From Waddliaceae bacterium (lineage in GTDB: Bacteria > Chlamydiota > Chlamydiia > Chlamydiales > SLFE01), in assembly GCA_963771045.1 (NCBI GenBank), contig CAVYRW010000004.1, forward strand, positions 2,225,202 to 2,289,201: a stretch of 64,000 nucleotides of DNA, in the 5' to 3' direction. How positions within the stretch are numbered: position 1 is the stretch's first letter; the number at the start of each line of letters is the position of its first letter. The notes beneath the pieces were generated by a model, which was not told where the DNA came from, did no database searches, and saw nothing but the letters and a program-made list of their open reading frames with translations. Below, one piece after another: positions 23,075 to 33,393 of this stretch. The translations under genes were made by a program, and so were the position numbers.

Positions 23075-25988
23075 ATACGTTTCCGGAAAACTCAGAGGCA
23101 AACTTTTTCGAAATGATTCCTTTCTCGTCGACGGCAAAAATGCCTTTGTCGTCGACCGGTTTTCCCTCAAGGCTGTCGATACTTCCTCCCAAGAAAAGAT
23201 AATAAAATAAGGAACAATAACGATGAGTGCGAAAAGATTCCAGATCAACGGTTGAATGAAAAGTAGACAAATCCCATTGCTTTCTTAAACTTTCCCACTT
23301 TTCCTGTTTGACTTCAGCAGCAAAATCCCGCCGGACAAAACACCCTTTCTCATCATCATAAACGGTAAAAAATCTGGCCCTGGTATCAAACTGCCCCTGC
23401 TCTATGCTTGAATAACGGGTCTCTTTATAGTCGACATTCACTTCCCCCTCCTCAAATTGGGTTTCGTGGGCGCACGAGGAGAGGGCTATCGCCAAATTTT
23501 TCGAGTTATCCAACCTTGCCCGTACGCAAAATTTATAGCTAAGCCACTCTTTTAAACGCCTGTCTTCCTCCTCGCCAAATGTCGCTCCCAGATGAACTTC
23601 ACCCACTAAAGGGACGCTGTCTCCGGCTTCTTGGCGTCTTTCGAGAACAAATCGAATTTTCAGCTTTTGAAACAATTTTCTGTGGTTCCATCCCCATTTT
23701 TTGAATCGTTCATTATCTTCATTATTGATGGCGGGCTCATCCAAAAAATAACCGATACATTCATGCCCGGGAAGCGGGATGCGATCCCGGTCGACAAAAA
23801 AGTAAATGAGGTGAAGCTGCGCGCAAGCCCCTCCAAGACTATGCCCGGCCAAAACAAGGTTAAGAGGTTTTTTCGATCCGATATCCTCCCCCTGTTCTTT
23901 AGCAATAGCCTCAAGCTTATCGGCCCAACAAAGGAGATACACAAACTGGCAGCCGGGATCCGTAATATCAGCATACTTTTTTTCGTAATCCAATATATTT
24001 TGATGTTCTCCTTGACGTTTGCAACGTACGCCTTCGCAATAAAAGAGAATATGCCGAAGAAGCTCATCCTTGAGCTCAACTATGGCCTTCTTTCTCCTGA
24101 GGTCCTCTTCACTCAGGGAAATTTGCGCCAGTTGTTTATAGAGATCGTTTGCAAGCTGCTCTTCCTTTTTTTCATCAGCGGCGCAGCCGTCGGATAAATA
24201 GGCGCAAAGAGAAGCATAGGCTGAAAACTTGCTCCAGCTGCTCCAATACAGACGATAAAGTTCGTTGAGTATCGCGTCATACTTTTGAATAATCTGACGC
24301 AAATTTCTTCTCTGATGTTCTTTTGTCGACAGTTGAACCAATGAATGGCTGGCTTTGCAAAGGTAGTCGTACATAATTTTTGGGCTTTCTTCCTTCAAAG
24401 CTAATTGAGTGTAGGCCACCCATATGGGAATCGAGTTTTCTTGAAAAGCGGATAAAGCCATCTGTTTCATTCCCTGCTGCCCCGGAGGGCCCAAAGGGCT
24501 CAAATCATTTAAAGACGAATTGACATAACGGGAGTCTGTACTCCGATAGAGGACGATTTTTTCCCGGGAAAACTTAAGCAGAATATTTTCCAAAATATAG
24601 CTGTTAATTCCCCAAGTCGTATCGACTCCCATCGAAACTTTATACCAGTTTAATATATAGGGTGCGGGAATGATCGCCCCGACGCGATAGCCGCCATTCG
24701 GAAGAGACCTGATCAGATGTTTTTTCACCACAACATGGACCAGCTTTTCTAAAGAATAATCCCGGGAAGGGTTGTCCAAAAGAGCGTATATCGTCTGCAG
24801 CAGTTCCTGCTGATCGACCCACGGTTTATATTCACCATAATCGGCATTGGTATAATAGCTGCGAATAAAACCGTATATCTTCCTCCCTGTCAAAGAACGC
24901 TCACAACTTTCCTTATCCGGCAGCAGCAAATGAATTAACGTATTGAGAGACTTAAGCGAAAGCGCTTCAAAAAACTCTTGATACGCAAATTGACGCAGCC
25001 ATTCGATTAAATTGCTCTTGTCCGGTTCTTTATCCTTTTTTCCTTTCAAACAATGATATATCGTCCTTTTCACCCTGCCGGGAAGCCTGTCTGTTTCGAG
25101 ATAGGAATCGAGCGGAGTGTCATCTTTAACATTATTGGGCTGATGATACAGATCACAAAGGGCCTTCCATGTGTCGCGGAGATTTTTCATTTCAACATAA
25201 TTAACCCCGATATTGACTCGATAAACAAGTTCCGGAGTCAATCCAATATCTCCTGATGATAACTCATCGAAATTCAAACCGTAGCGAAATTCGATCTCCT
25301 CAATTTTGCCATTGCCGAATTCCCTTCTGATAAAATTTGTGTACATAACAATTGTTTGTTTAATAATCCTTTTATCCAAGGCAAGGGGATTATCTCTTTG
25401 CACAAGACAAAATGAACCCTTGTCGTAAATAATGCGCGTATCGCAATCTCCTGGAGACACTGAATCTTTATTCCGATAATGGGATTCGTATTGCTGAAAA
25501 GCAACCGATGCCAAAACTGTAAATGGATCAGTAAATGGCAGACGTTGAAGAGGCCTGTCAATCAAAGGTATTGCCTCATTATCGAATCCGTAGATATAAA
25601 AATGATCGGAAAGAGAGAGGGAAACATTTTCGATCGACTCTTTATTATGCCCGAACCAGGAGCCGAAATATGCTGATTCTTTCACTTCAAATTCTTTGGC
25701 ATGAGTGTCGAGGAAAACTTTATGAACACGGCTGATTAAAGACATGAATCTCCCGCCGGAATCGCAGCGAGGCACGATTATCCACGTTCTTCCTCCGACT
25801 GTAAAGGGTTCGGAGGATTTTTCACCTTCTTCGGTCAAGTGTTTATGCGCCGCCAAGGCTACCCTGTAGCAAAGATTGCCGTCATTGTAAATCCCGCTCA
25901 CATTGATGATGACGGGTTCATCCGGCTTTGTCGAATCCAAAAATCGATGATCGTCAATTCTAAACAGCAACGTTTCGTTCACTTGCAT
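23064..25988 (-). CDS. large hypothetical protein with lipase (class 3)/alpha-beta-hydrolase nucleophile elbow
   Basis: 974 aa. A GHSLGG motif (LVLAGHSLGGACAQ) lies in the C-terminal third. The ~650-aa N-terminal region has no motif I recognise. Confidence 0.6.
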   Translation of the reverse strand: MQVNETLLFRIDDHRFLDSTKPDEPVIINVSGIYNDGNLCYRVALAAHKHLTEEGEKSSEPFTVGGRTWIIVPRCDSGGRFMSLISRVHKVFLDTHAKEFEVKESAYFGSWFGHNKESIENVSLSLSDHFYIYGFDNEAIPLIDRPLQRLPFTDPFTVLASVAFQQYESHYRNKDSVSPGDCDTRIIYDKGSFCLVQRDNPLALDKRIIKQTIVMYTNFIRREFGNGKIEEIEFRYGLNFDELSSGDIGLTPELVYRVNIGVNYVEMKNLRDTWKALCDLYHQPNNVKDDTPLDSYLETDRLPGRVKRTIYHCLKGKKDKEPDKSNLIEWLRQFAYQEFFEALSLKSLNTLIHLLLPDKESCERSLTGRKIYGFIRSYYTNADYGEYKPWVDQQELLQTIYALLDNPSRDYSLEKLVHVVVKKHLIRSLPNGGYRVGAIIPAPYILNWYKVSMGVDTTWGINSYILENILLKFSREKIVLYRSTDSRYVNSSLNDLSPLGPPGQQGMKQMALSAFQENSIPIWVAYTQLALKEESPKIMYDYLCKASHSLVQLSTKEHQRRNLRQIIQKYDAILNELYRLYWSSWSKFSAYASLCAYLSDGCAADEKKEEQLANDLYKQLAQISLSEEDLRRKKAIVELKDELLRHILFYCEGVRCKRQGEHQNILDYEKKYADITDPGCQFVYLLCWADKLEAIAKEQGEDIGSKKPLNLVLAGHSLGGACAQLHLIYFFVDRDRIPLPGHECIGYFLDEPAINNEDNERFKKWGWNHRKLFQKLKIRFVLERRQEAGDSVPLVGEVHLGATFGEEEDRRLKEWLSYKFCVRARLDNSKNLAIALSSCAHETQFEEGEVNVDYKETRYSSIEQGQFDTRARFFTVYDDEKGCFVRRDFAAEVKQEKWESLRKQWDLSTFHSTVDLESFRTHRYCSLFYYLFLGGSIDSLEGKPVDDKGIFAVDEKGIISKKFASEFSGNVFTE

Positions 25989-26097
25989 ACTTCCCCCTTA
26001 AGGAGGTTATAGATTTTCTTATAATGGCTTCTGCAAAATAAAAGAAGTGAAAGGGACCGCAGGAAGCGGCCCCAGCGAGCAAGGAATTGACTGTCTC

Positions 26098-26538
26098 TTA
26101 ACGAACGCCTGCAAGAGCTTTGGGTACTTGAATGCCCAATTGAGAGAGCAATCCAAGATAATCCCAGTTCGCCCAAATTTCGACAATTTTACCGTTTTTG
26201 AACTTCAAGATGGAAATACCGGTAACATTGATCGATTTTTGAGTAGATGGAATTCCGGGCAGTTCGTTTTTATGAGTTCCCTTAACCGTCCAGCGGACGA
26301 TAACCTTATCTTCTGTAGATATCAGTTCATCAATTGTCGCTTTTTTGTCGGGAAAAGCTCTTGAATACATAGCTTCTCTTTCTTTAAAGGCCTGCAATCC
26401 CCCTTTAAATCCTTTGGCTGTAGGATCGTGCAAAGTCAAATTATTCAGGGCGATGGTATCCAGAATACTGGTGTCTCCACCGGTAAACACTTCGTTATAA
26501 AGACGTTTTGCCGCCGCAATATCCTCTTTCTCAGACAT
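26098..26538 (-). CDS. SnoaL-like / predicted ester cyclase family protein
   Basis: The start at MSEKEDIAAAKRLY is preceded by AAGGAG. The block FPDKKATIDELISTEDKVIVRWTVKGTHKNELPGIPSTQKSINVTGISILKFKNGKIVEIWANWDYLGLLSQLG matches the ester-cyclase pattern. Confidence 0.7.
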   Translation of the reverse strand: MSEKEDIAAAKRLYNEVFTGGDTSILDTIALNNLTLHDPTAKGFKGGLQAFKEREAMYSRAFPDKKATIDELISTEDKVIVRWTVKGTHKNELPGIPSTQKSINVTGISILKFKNGKIVEIWANWDYLGLLSQLGIQVPKALAGVR

Positions 26539-26674
26539 AAACCACTCCTTTTTAGTGATTTTGAAATACCTAAGGAAAAAATCTGTATTGGAAATAAACA
26601 ATAGAAAGTGTTGCTATACCCGACTCATAACGAGTGGGAAAATTAGGTGTCAAACCAAATATAAGTTATTGATA

Positions 26675-28234
26675 TTATTCAGGATAGAGAGTTAGATGAA
26701 GAATTCGATGATCGGATAGATCCTCCCTGGTGATCGCCTTATAATCATAGCCCACACCATCAAATACATTGCCTTCTTTGAAAAGGAAGCATACGTGATC
26801 CGTAACGACGCTTTTCACATACACCCCTTCTCTATACTTTTTTATGCAGGCGTCTATCTTTTGAGCGATTTCCTGATTGCCAATTGGATATTTTTCCAGT
26901 CTCAGTCTGATATCCCGTTTAAGAGTCTTTTCAGGCAAGTCGACGATCTTTTTGGCATGTAAAGCAATCAGATCAACAGCATGACGGTAGCTCGGCGCCG
27001 CCGTGTTGAAGCACGTTCCTCTGGCACATCCCGTTTCGACATTAGCCGGATCGGTCGGATCAAATTCAGTTTCACGAGTGTAGTAGTTTTCAGCAGTATT
27101 TCCGCAATTGGGTTTTGTGAGATCCTTAAACCCCCTTTGGAGTACTCCCTTCTCGATGGCGGGATATTCATAATTGCTTATAACTTCGGCAATGCCCTTT
27201 TGCTGAAAGCGGCCGTCGTTAAAATCGCCGACTAGAATCTCATCGCGATTTTCTGATCCTTTGTTAAATTCTTGGATAAAACCCATGGCCAGATCAAATT
27301 GCTCGGTCTTCCATTTAACGTGCTCTTCAGGAGGTGTTCCTCGAGGATAGCCGGACTGCATATGGGTCGTCGCGATGGTAATAAAAACATCCTCTTTCAA
27401 AGCAATTCTTGCTGCCAGCACTCCTTTTGCAGCGTATTTGTCATCTCCCCTCGGATGGGGGTATCTTAAAAAATCGACATCCTCAATCGGGTACCGGCTG
27501 GCAAGCAGAAGCCCTGCTGTCATCCCGATTACCCCGACTCTTTTTGTTGTCATCACGACATAATAGCCCTCTTCCTGAAGACTTTTGGCGATGTACTGGT
27601 AGATGTCGTCGATATCAAAAGCCTCCTGAAGACAGATCACATCGGGATTTTCTTGAAGGAGGAGGCGTACCCACTTTTTAACCCGCTCTTTTGTAGGAGG
27701 CACGCCGTTTAAGTAATCCATTATGCGAAACTCTGTTCCCGCCATGTTCGCGTCAAGCAAAGTGAAGGGTTCGTCATCCCAAACTTTATGGGAAGTTGGA
27801 GTCAGAGCAGTCAAGGGATGCATGCGGCCTTGCAAGTATGTCCTCAAGCCGATAGCCGCGGCCGCGGCCGGAATAGAGACTGGACTTGTCACCGCCAAGA
27901 AAGAGGCGTTTAAGGCAATTTTGGCATCAAGAGCCAACCGGTCTTTAAGCGTTATCCGTCCTTTGACGATGCCGGCCTCAATCAATAGCTTCAGGTATCT
28001 CTTCTCTTGCTCTAAATCGCGGCGAAAATCGCACTCCGTTTTTTCCGGATGAAGCAGCTGGGCCTGAAATCTCCTCTCTTGAGTTTTAAAACCATGCGCC
28101 AGCCAGTCACAGGTTTTGACAAGTTTAAGACCGAAAAATTCAGAAAACCCCAGCAGTTTATGCGCGGCTTTAGCCATGCGGGGGCAGTCGTAAATCCTGG
28201 TAGGAACCTGGCTGAAAGGTTGAATCGTATCCAT
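26675..28234 (-). CDS. endonuclease/exonuclease/phosphatase (EEP) family protein, sphingomyelinase-like
   Basis: 519 aa. After a ~170-aa N-terminal region with a hydrophobic segment come DVICLQEAFD, AAKGVLAARI, IATTHMQ and LVGDFND, the EEP catalytic blocks. Confidence 0.65.
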   Translation of the reverse strand: MDTIQPFSQVPTRIYDCPRMAKAAHKLLGFSEFFGLKLVKTCDWLAHGFKTQERRFQAQLLHPEKTECDFRRDLEQEKRYLKLLIEAGIVKGRITLKDRLALDAKIALNASFLAVTSPVSIPAAAAAIGLRTYLQGRMHPLTALTPTSHKVWDDEPFTLLDANMAGTEFRIMDYLNGVPPTKERVKKWVRLLLQENPDVICLQEAFDIDDIYQYIAKSLQEEGYYVVMTTKRVGVIGMTAGLLLASRYPIEDVDFLRYPHPRGDDKYAAKGVLAARIALKEDVFITIATTHMQSGYPRGTPPEEHVKWKTEQFDLAMGFIQEFNKGSENRDEILVGDFNDGRFQQKGIAEVISNYEYPAIEKGVLQRGFKDLTKPNCGNTAENYYTRETEFDPTDPANVETGCARGTCFNTAAPSYRHAVDLIALHAKKIVDLPEKTLKRDIRLRLEKYPIGNQEIAQKIDACIKKYREGVYVKSVVTDHVCFLFKEGNVFDGVGYDYKAITREDLSDHRILHLTLYPE

Positions 28235-28302
28235 AAGTTAAAAACATGTTTATACAAGAAAACGATTATTGACAATAAAAAAAATCCTTTTACCTTAAAG
28301 GT

Positions 28303-29208
28303 ATGGCGGCAATCATTTTTTCTTTACTACTGGCGATCCCGTTGACATCCTGGGAAAAACCCGCTCCCCAGCAAAACACCTATGAAGAACAAGCCCAAAG
28401 GGTTCTGTCCGACCCTGTAGAGGATTACCGGCAATTAGTAGAGAAATTCGACTGGGACGAAATCTTCCAAACCGAGGAAAAGAGCCTTGAAATTTCCCTT
28501 CTTGAAGTGGGATGCGGCACCGGCCGCTGGCTCGATACGGTGCAATATGAATTGTTTCAAGGGGGAGAGCCTAAGCGGAAATGGAAAAAGGTCACATGCG
28601 ATCTGCTAGACCCTTCCGAAGCGGCAATGAACGAAGCCTCAAAAAAGATTGTCCTCCCTTGGCAAGTAGGGAAAAAAATCAAAAGCACCTTGGAAAATGC
28701 CGAACTGGAAACCGCCTATTATGATGTGATCTGGTCGACGCATGCCTTTTATGCCATTCCTAAAGAGAAACTTGCCGCTGCTTTCAAAAAAATGCAAGCC
28801 TCTCTAAAATCAAGAGGCAAACTGATCATCGCCCATTCATCTGAATCCTCATTTTATATCCAATGCCACGAAGCCTTTCGAGCGGCCTTTCCGAAACAGG
28901 GAAAGCAGCCCTACACGACAGCTGAAGACATAAAAGCTTCCCTTGTTCAAACCGGTATCCCCTACAATCTTGACATCATGTCGTATGAAGAAAACATTCA
29001 CAAGAGCGACGAACAGACGCTCGACCATTTCATCTCTAACGAATGCATTGAATACTCTTTTAACAGGGACCTCGACAACCCTTCGACCATTACTTTGTAT
29101 GATTTTTTGCGAACGGATAAAGGAAAATCTATCATCTCACACTACAGTAAAAACGATGAGTATATCTTCCCTCAAAAAGTCTACATCTTCACCATTGGAA
29201 AAGATTAA
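28303..29208 (+). CDS. class I SAM-dependent methyltransferase
   Basis: 301 aa with motif I LEVGCGTGRW. Confidence 0.65.
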   Translation: MAAIIFSLLLAIPLTSWEKPAPQQNTYEEQAQRVLSDPVEDYRQLVEKFDWDEIFQTEEKSLEISLLEVGCGTGRWLDTVQYELFQGGEPKRKWKKVTCDLLDPSEAAMNEASKKIVLPWQVGKKIKSTLENAELETAYYDVIWSTHAFYAIPKEKLAAAFKKMQASLKSRGKLIIAHSSESSFYIQCHEAFRAAFPKQGKQPYTTAEDIKASLVQTGIPYNLDIMSYEENIHKSDEQTLDHFISNECIEYSFNRDLDNPSTITLYDFLRTDKGKSIISHYSKNDEYIFPQKVYIFTIGKD

Positions 29209-30332
29209 AATAAGCCGCCCTCTCCTTCATTTTCGATAAATGCTCTCAGGCGGCTCTCTTCTTCGCCATCCATTGGGCGGCTGACAAGTTCTCCAATCTT
29301 TTTAGGAGTGTGAAACGTCAATTTAGGATTGATTTCCTGCAGCTTGGAAAGGCCGTAGAGATAAAGTTCTCTATTTTTCTCATTTCTTCGTTTGATCTGC
29401 AACTGGGAAAGTTTTTCGGAAATTGAAATATTTTTCTGAAAAGCCGCTTCTATAGCCTTAAAAAGCAAGCCGGCGATGTAGTAAATTTGGTTGGCTTTGA
29501 AAGGGAAAGTTGATGTTATTCCCCCATGCCTCTTAACAAGGGAATAAATATATTTTTTAATTTTATCGGAAATCTTCCATCTTTTTATATTGTTCAAGTC
29601 TTTACCAATCAAACGGCTTTCTTCCTGCGAAAGCTTGGTCTGAACATACCGATACGATTCTCCTAAATAGCCAAGTTCAAATCCTTCTTGAGTTTCTATA
29701 AGCAAAATACACTCTTCTTTTTCAACTTCTTTTTTCTGCGATTCCGAAGGACTTTCATCTTGGATAAATTCAATGTCTATCTTTTTCAGTCCCTGATCAT
29801 CTAAATATTTGTCTTTATCTATTCTGGAGAAATTATGTAATAAACTGTAAAATTTTTGTCCATCCACAGGAGTGCAGATCAAAGAATTTTGAGTTTGGCC
29901 CTCATGAATATAAGTTTTGTCATCGTCGATTAAAACAGCGTTTTCCAATTTATCGCCTTTTCCTAAAACCTTTTTTAAATCTTTGCTCTTACATTTGTAT
30001 GGATCGGCATAGATGGTTAAATTTTCACCGGACAGAACTAACACATCAGACTTTTTTCCTCCAAAAATTTTTTTCGCAACTTCTTTATTCCTCAAAGAAT
30101 CTCTACAGCTGCTAAAGAGGGACATCCTAACATTGGGGATTTGAGATAGAAGCTTCGTTAGCTCAATGACTCCGGGAAAAATATAATGGGTTTTTTCGGC
30201 TGCTTTGAAAATTGTCCCTTTTTCGTTAAAAAAACGGGCAACTTCTATTTTCTTGCAACATCTTACGGATGTGCAGACTAAAGTGTTGTCAATATCAAAG
30301 ACAACATTGAATGTGTTATTCACACCATTCAT
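29205..30332 (-). CDS. HAD-superfamily phosphatase, FCP1/NIF (CTD-phosphatase)-like N-terminal domain
   Basis: 375 aa with DxDxT VVFDIDNTLV, HYIFPGVIELTKLL..VRMSLFSS, KSKDLKKVL and AVLIDDD, in the order of NIF/FCP1-type small phosphatases. The C-terminal ~190 aa are unknown. Confidence 0.5.
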   Translation of the reverse strand: MNGVNNTFNVVFDIDNTLVCTSVRCCKKIEVARFFNEKGTIFKAAEKTHYIFPGVIELTKLLSQIPNVRMSLFSSCRDSLRNKEVAKKIFGGKKSDVLVLSGENLTIYADPYKCKSKDLKKVLGKGDKLENAVLIDDDKTYIHEGQTQNSLICTPVDGQKFYSLLHNFSRIDKDKYLDDQGLKKIDIEFIQDESPSESQKKEVEKEECILLIETQEGFELGYLGESYRYVQTKLSQEESRLIGKDLNNIKRWKISDKIKKYIYSLVKRHGGITSTFPFKANQIYYIAGLLFKAIEAAFQKNISISEKLSQLQIKRRNEKNRELYLYGLSKLQEINPKLTFHTPKKIGELVSRPMDGEEESRLRAFIENEGEGGLF

Positions 30333-30335
30333 CGG

Positions 30336-31662
30336 CTAAACGCTTCTTTCGGAAGTATGCTGGCTCATAGTTTTGAGCTTAGGGTTAACCACAAAGCATA
30401 CCACAGCCAGGAAAAACAAACCACCTGTGATGCAGTAAAAGATAAACGTTTCTCCCAATTGATCGACATAAGAGCCCAAATAGCCGGCCAGATAAGATCC
30501 GATGCCGATGCCCGCCAGCATAAGCCCCATCAGCCGGGTGGTGTAGCTGGAAGGAGCCAGATTCGTGACGGCGGCCCAGGAAATCGGTATGATGCAAAGC
30601 TCGCCGACAACGACGATAAATTTATACAAGATCACCCATCCCCACCCGGGATTTTCCAGAGTCGAGAGCCAGGCGAGAAGCAAAAAGGCAATCCCTGTCA
30701 TAACAAATCCGATACCGAACTTCGCGCCCAGAAAGGGATCGAAGTTCCGGCTTGCCCAGCCACACCCATAAGAACGAAAGTGTCGGCGCTAAAAAAATGA
30801 TCATGAAGGGGTCGATATTCGCAAGCCAGGGAGTGGGAATCTGCCATCCTCCGGCCATACGATCGACACTGTCTCGGATAAACAAAGTGACGAGTCCCCC
30901 CATCTGTTCCCAGGCAATGAAATACAGGATCATCATCAAAAACAGGAAAATGATAACCCCTATCCTGCTGAGCTCTCCTGATGTCAGCGGTTTGACATGA
31001 TCGTTTTCCATCTTGACTTGGGGTTTGAGTCCGGCTGTTCCCAAATACTTGTTTTTTCCCCACCAAAAAAGCAGCAGCGATATGAGCATGCCCACGCCGG
31101 CGACGCTAAAGCCGACATCGTAGCCCCAGGCTTGAAGGACCCATCCTCCGATAATGCCTGCCGCAAAGGCGCCAATATTAATCCCCATATAGAAAAGCGA
31201 ATAAGCGCTATCCCTTTGACTCTCGCTGGCGTCGTCGTAGATTTCTCCCAAAATGGATGTGAGGCACGGCTTAAAAAAACCGTTGCCGATCGCAACCAGC
31301 GTCAACGCCGCGTAAAAGAACCACAATCCGCTAAATGCCATTAAGAAGTGGCCCACCGCCATTAGAAACGCCCCGATCATTGTCGATTGCCTCTGTCCCA
31401 AAAATCTGTCGGCGAAATATCCCCCGAATACCGGGGTCAGATAAGCGGCCCCCATATAAAAACCATACAAGCTCAAAGCCTCGCTTCTCGTCCAGCCGAG
31501 CCCGCCATCAAGCACCGTTGCGGTCATATAGAGGACCATCAAAGAACGGAGCGTATAAAAGCTAAAACGCTCCCACATCTCTGTCATGACAAGAAACTGC
31601 AGGGATTTAGAATGCTTGAAAATCACCGACCCTCCAGTATGCCAGAATTCTTGCGGTACCAT
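30336..31662 (-). pseudogene. POT/PTR2-family peptide transporter, one frameshift (pseudogene or assembly indel)
   Basis: The 346-aa and 121-aa ORFs join into one POT protein (TEMWERFSFY...FYMGINIGA...WLGK|RNFDPFLGAKFGIGFVMTGIAF...) if one C/G is removed near 30747-30750. Confidence 0.75.
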
Positions 31663-32603
31663 TCGACAAATTGTGGTATGCCTTTTTCAAGAGGGGTTTT
31701 TGGCTCGTAGCCAAGAACTTTTTGACTGTGGCTTATATCCGCATACGTTTCTAAAACGTCTCCAGGCTGCATGGGAAGAAGATTTTTGTCTGCTTTCTTT
31801 CCGCATGCATCTTCAATAATTTCTATGAACCTCTTCAATTCGACAGGACGGTGATTGCCCAAATTGAAAATCTCATATTTAGCACCCAGATCGATTGCCG
31901 CCAGCGCCCCTTGAACGATATCGTTGATATAAGTAAAATCGCGCTTCATTTTTCCATGGTTATAGACATCGATCTCTTTGCCCCCTAATATCGCCTCTGT
32001 GAATTTAAAATAGGCCATATCGGGCCTTCCCCACGGACCATAGACGGTAAAAAATCGAAGACCTGTCGCATGCACATTGTATAATCGACTATAGCTATAG
32101 GCCATAACTTCGTTGGCTTTTTTTGTCGCTCCATACAGGCTTTCGGGATGATCGGTCCGATCTTTTTCGCTAAAAGAATTTTTTTTATTGCTCCCATAAA
32201 CCGATGAGGAAGAAGCATAAATCAGTTTTGCTCCGCATTTTCTGCAAGCTTCCAAAATATTGAGAAACCCTAAAATATTCGAATGGATATAAGCCTCGGG
32301 ATTCTCAATCGAATACCTCACCCCCGCTTGAGCGGCCATATGGACAATATGGGTAGGGGCAAACTCGGCAATTTTTTTATCGAGAAGCTCCTTGTTGCAA
32401 ATATCCCCATGGATAACTTCAATACCCAGCTTTTCGAGCTCTTTTTCTCGCGCCAGCTTCAGCTTGGGATCATAATATGAGTTGAAATTATCGATGCCAA
32501 GGACTTTATCGCCCCTTTTATGAAGGGCCTCAGCCAAATGGAATCCGACAAAACCGGCAGCCCCGGTCACAAGTATCTTTTTGGTTTCATTCATCAAAAA
32601 CAA
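31623..32603 (-). CDS. NAD-dependent sugar-nucleotide epimerase (UDP-glucuronate 4-epimerase-like)
   Basis: 326 aa with KILVTGAAGFVGFHL and YGATK. The likely start is MNETKK at 32594. Confidence 0.75.
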   Translation of the reverse strand: MFLMNETKKILVTGAAGFVGFHLAEALHKRGDKVLGIDNFNSYYDPKLKLAREKELEKLGIEVIHGDICNKELLDKKIAEFAPTHIVHMAAQAGVRYSIENPEAYIHSNILGFLNILEACRKCGAKLIYASSSSVYGSNKKNSFSEKDRTDHPESLYGATKKANEVMAYSYSRLYNVHATGLRFFTVYGPWGRPDMAYFKFTEAILGGKEIDVYNHGKMKRDFTYINDIVQGALAAIDLGAKYEIFNLGNHRPVELKRFIEIIEDACGKKADKNLLPMQPGDVLETYADISHSQKVLGYEPKTPLEKGIPQFVEWYRKNSGILEGR

Positions 32604-32651
32604 CCTAAAAACGATTCAAGTGTACTTGCAGGATAATTCTTGTCAATGGCT

Positions 32652-33284
32652 TCACTTGGGATCGGGAGTCAGACGGAGATAGGGTTTAACCTCCCTGTAT
32701 CCCTTGGGGAAAAGAGTTTTGATTTCCTCCTTATCCGTAATGCTGGGAAGAATGACGCACTCGTCCCCTTTTTTCCAATTCACAGGAGTCGCCACTCTAT
32801 GAGAATCGGTTAATTGCAACGAATCGATCACTCGGAGGATTTCGTCAAAATTTCTTCCTGTTGAAGCGGGATAGGTCATTTTCAGTCGAATTTTTTTCTC
32901 CGTATCAATGATAAAAACCTCGCGAACAGTGAAGGTATCATCCGCTTCAGGATGAATCATATCATAGAGCGCAGCTATTTTTCTCTTTTCATCCCCAATA
33001 ATCGGATAAGAAAAATTTCCGGTACCTTGCGTCTCCACAATATCAGGAATCCATTTTTTATGGGATTCCACGCTGTCAACGCTAAGAGCTATCATCTTGA
33101 CGCCGCGCCTTACAAATTCCCCATTAATTTTGTTTGCGTACCCAAGCTCTGTCGTACAAACCGGAGTGAAGTCTTTTGGGTGGGAAAAAAAGATGCACCA
33201 GGAATTATCCAGCCACTCGTGAAAAGAAATCGGGCCCTCTGTCGTGTCAGCAGTAAAATCCGGGGCAATATCTCCTAGATGCAT
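32652..33284 (-). CDS. peroxiredoxin (1-Cys Prx6-type)
   Basis: 210 aa with FSHPKDFTPVCTTELG, the peroxidatic Cys motif. Confidence 0.85.
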   Translation of the reverse strand: MHLGDIAPDFTADTTEGPISFHEWLDNSWCIFFSHPKDFTPVCTTELGYANKINGEFVRRGVKMIALSVDSVESHKKWIPDIVETQGTGNFSYPIIGDEKRKIAALYDMIHPEADDTFTVREVFIIDTEKKIRLKMTYPASTGRNFDEILRVIDSLQLTDSHRVATPVNWKKGDECVILPSITDKEEIKTLFPKGYREVKPYLRLTPDPK

Positions 33285-33393
33285 AAGAAAACTCCTCTAT
33301 CAGCAAAATAGTTTATATTTATTATGCAAGATAAAATGTCAACCCTACACTTGCCGAAAATACTTTCTCCCTTATAAATTCAAATAACCGGAG

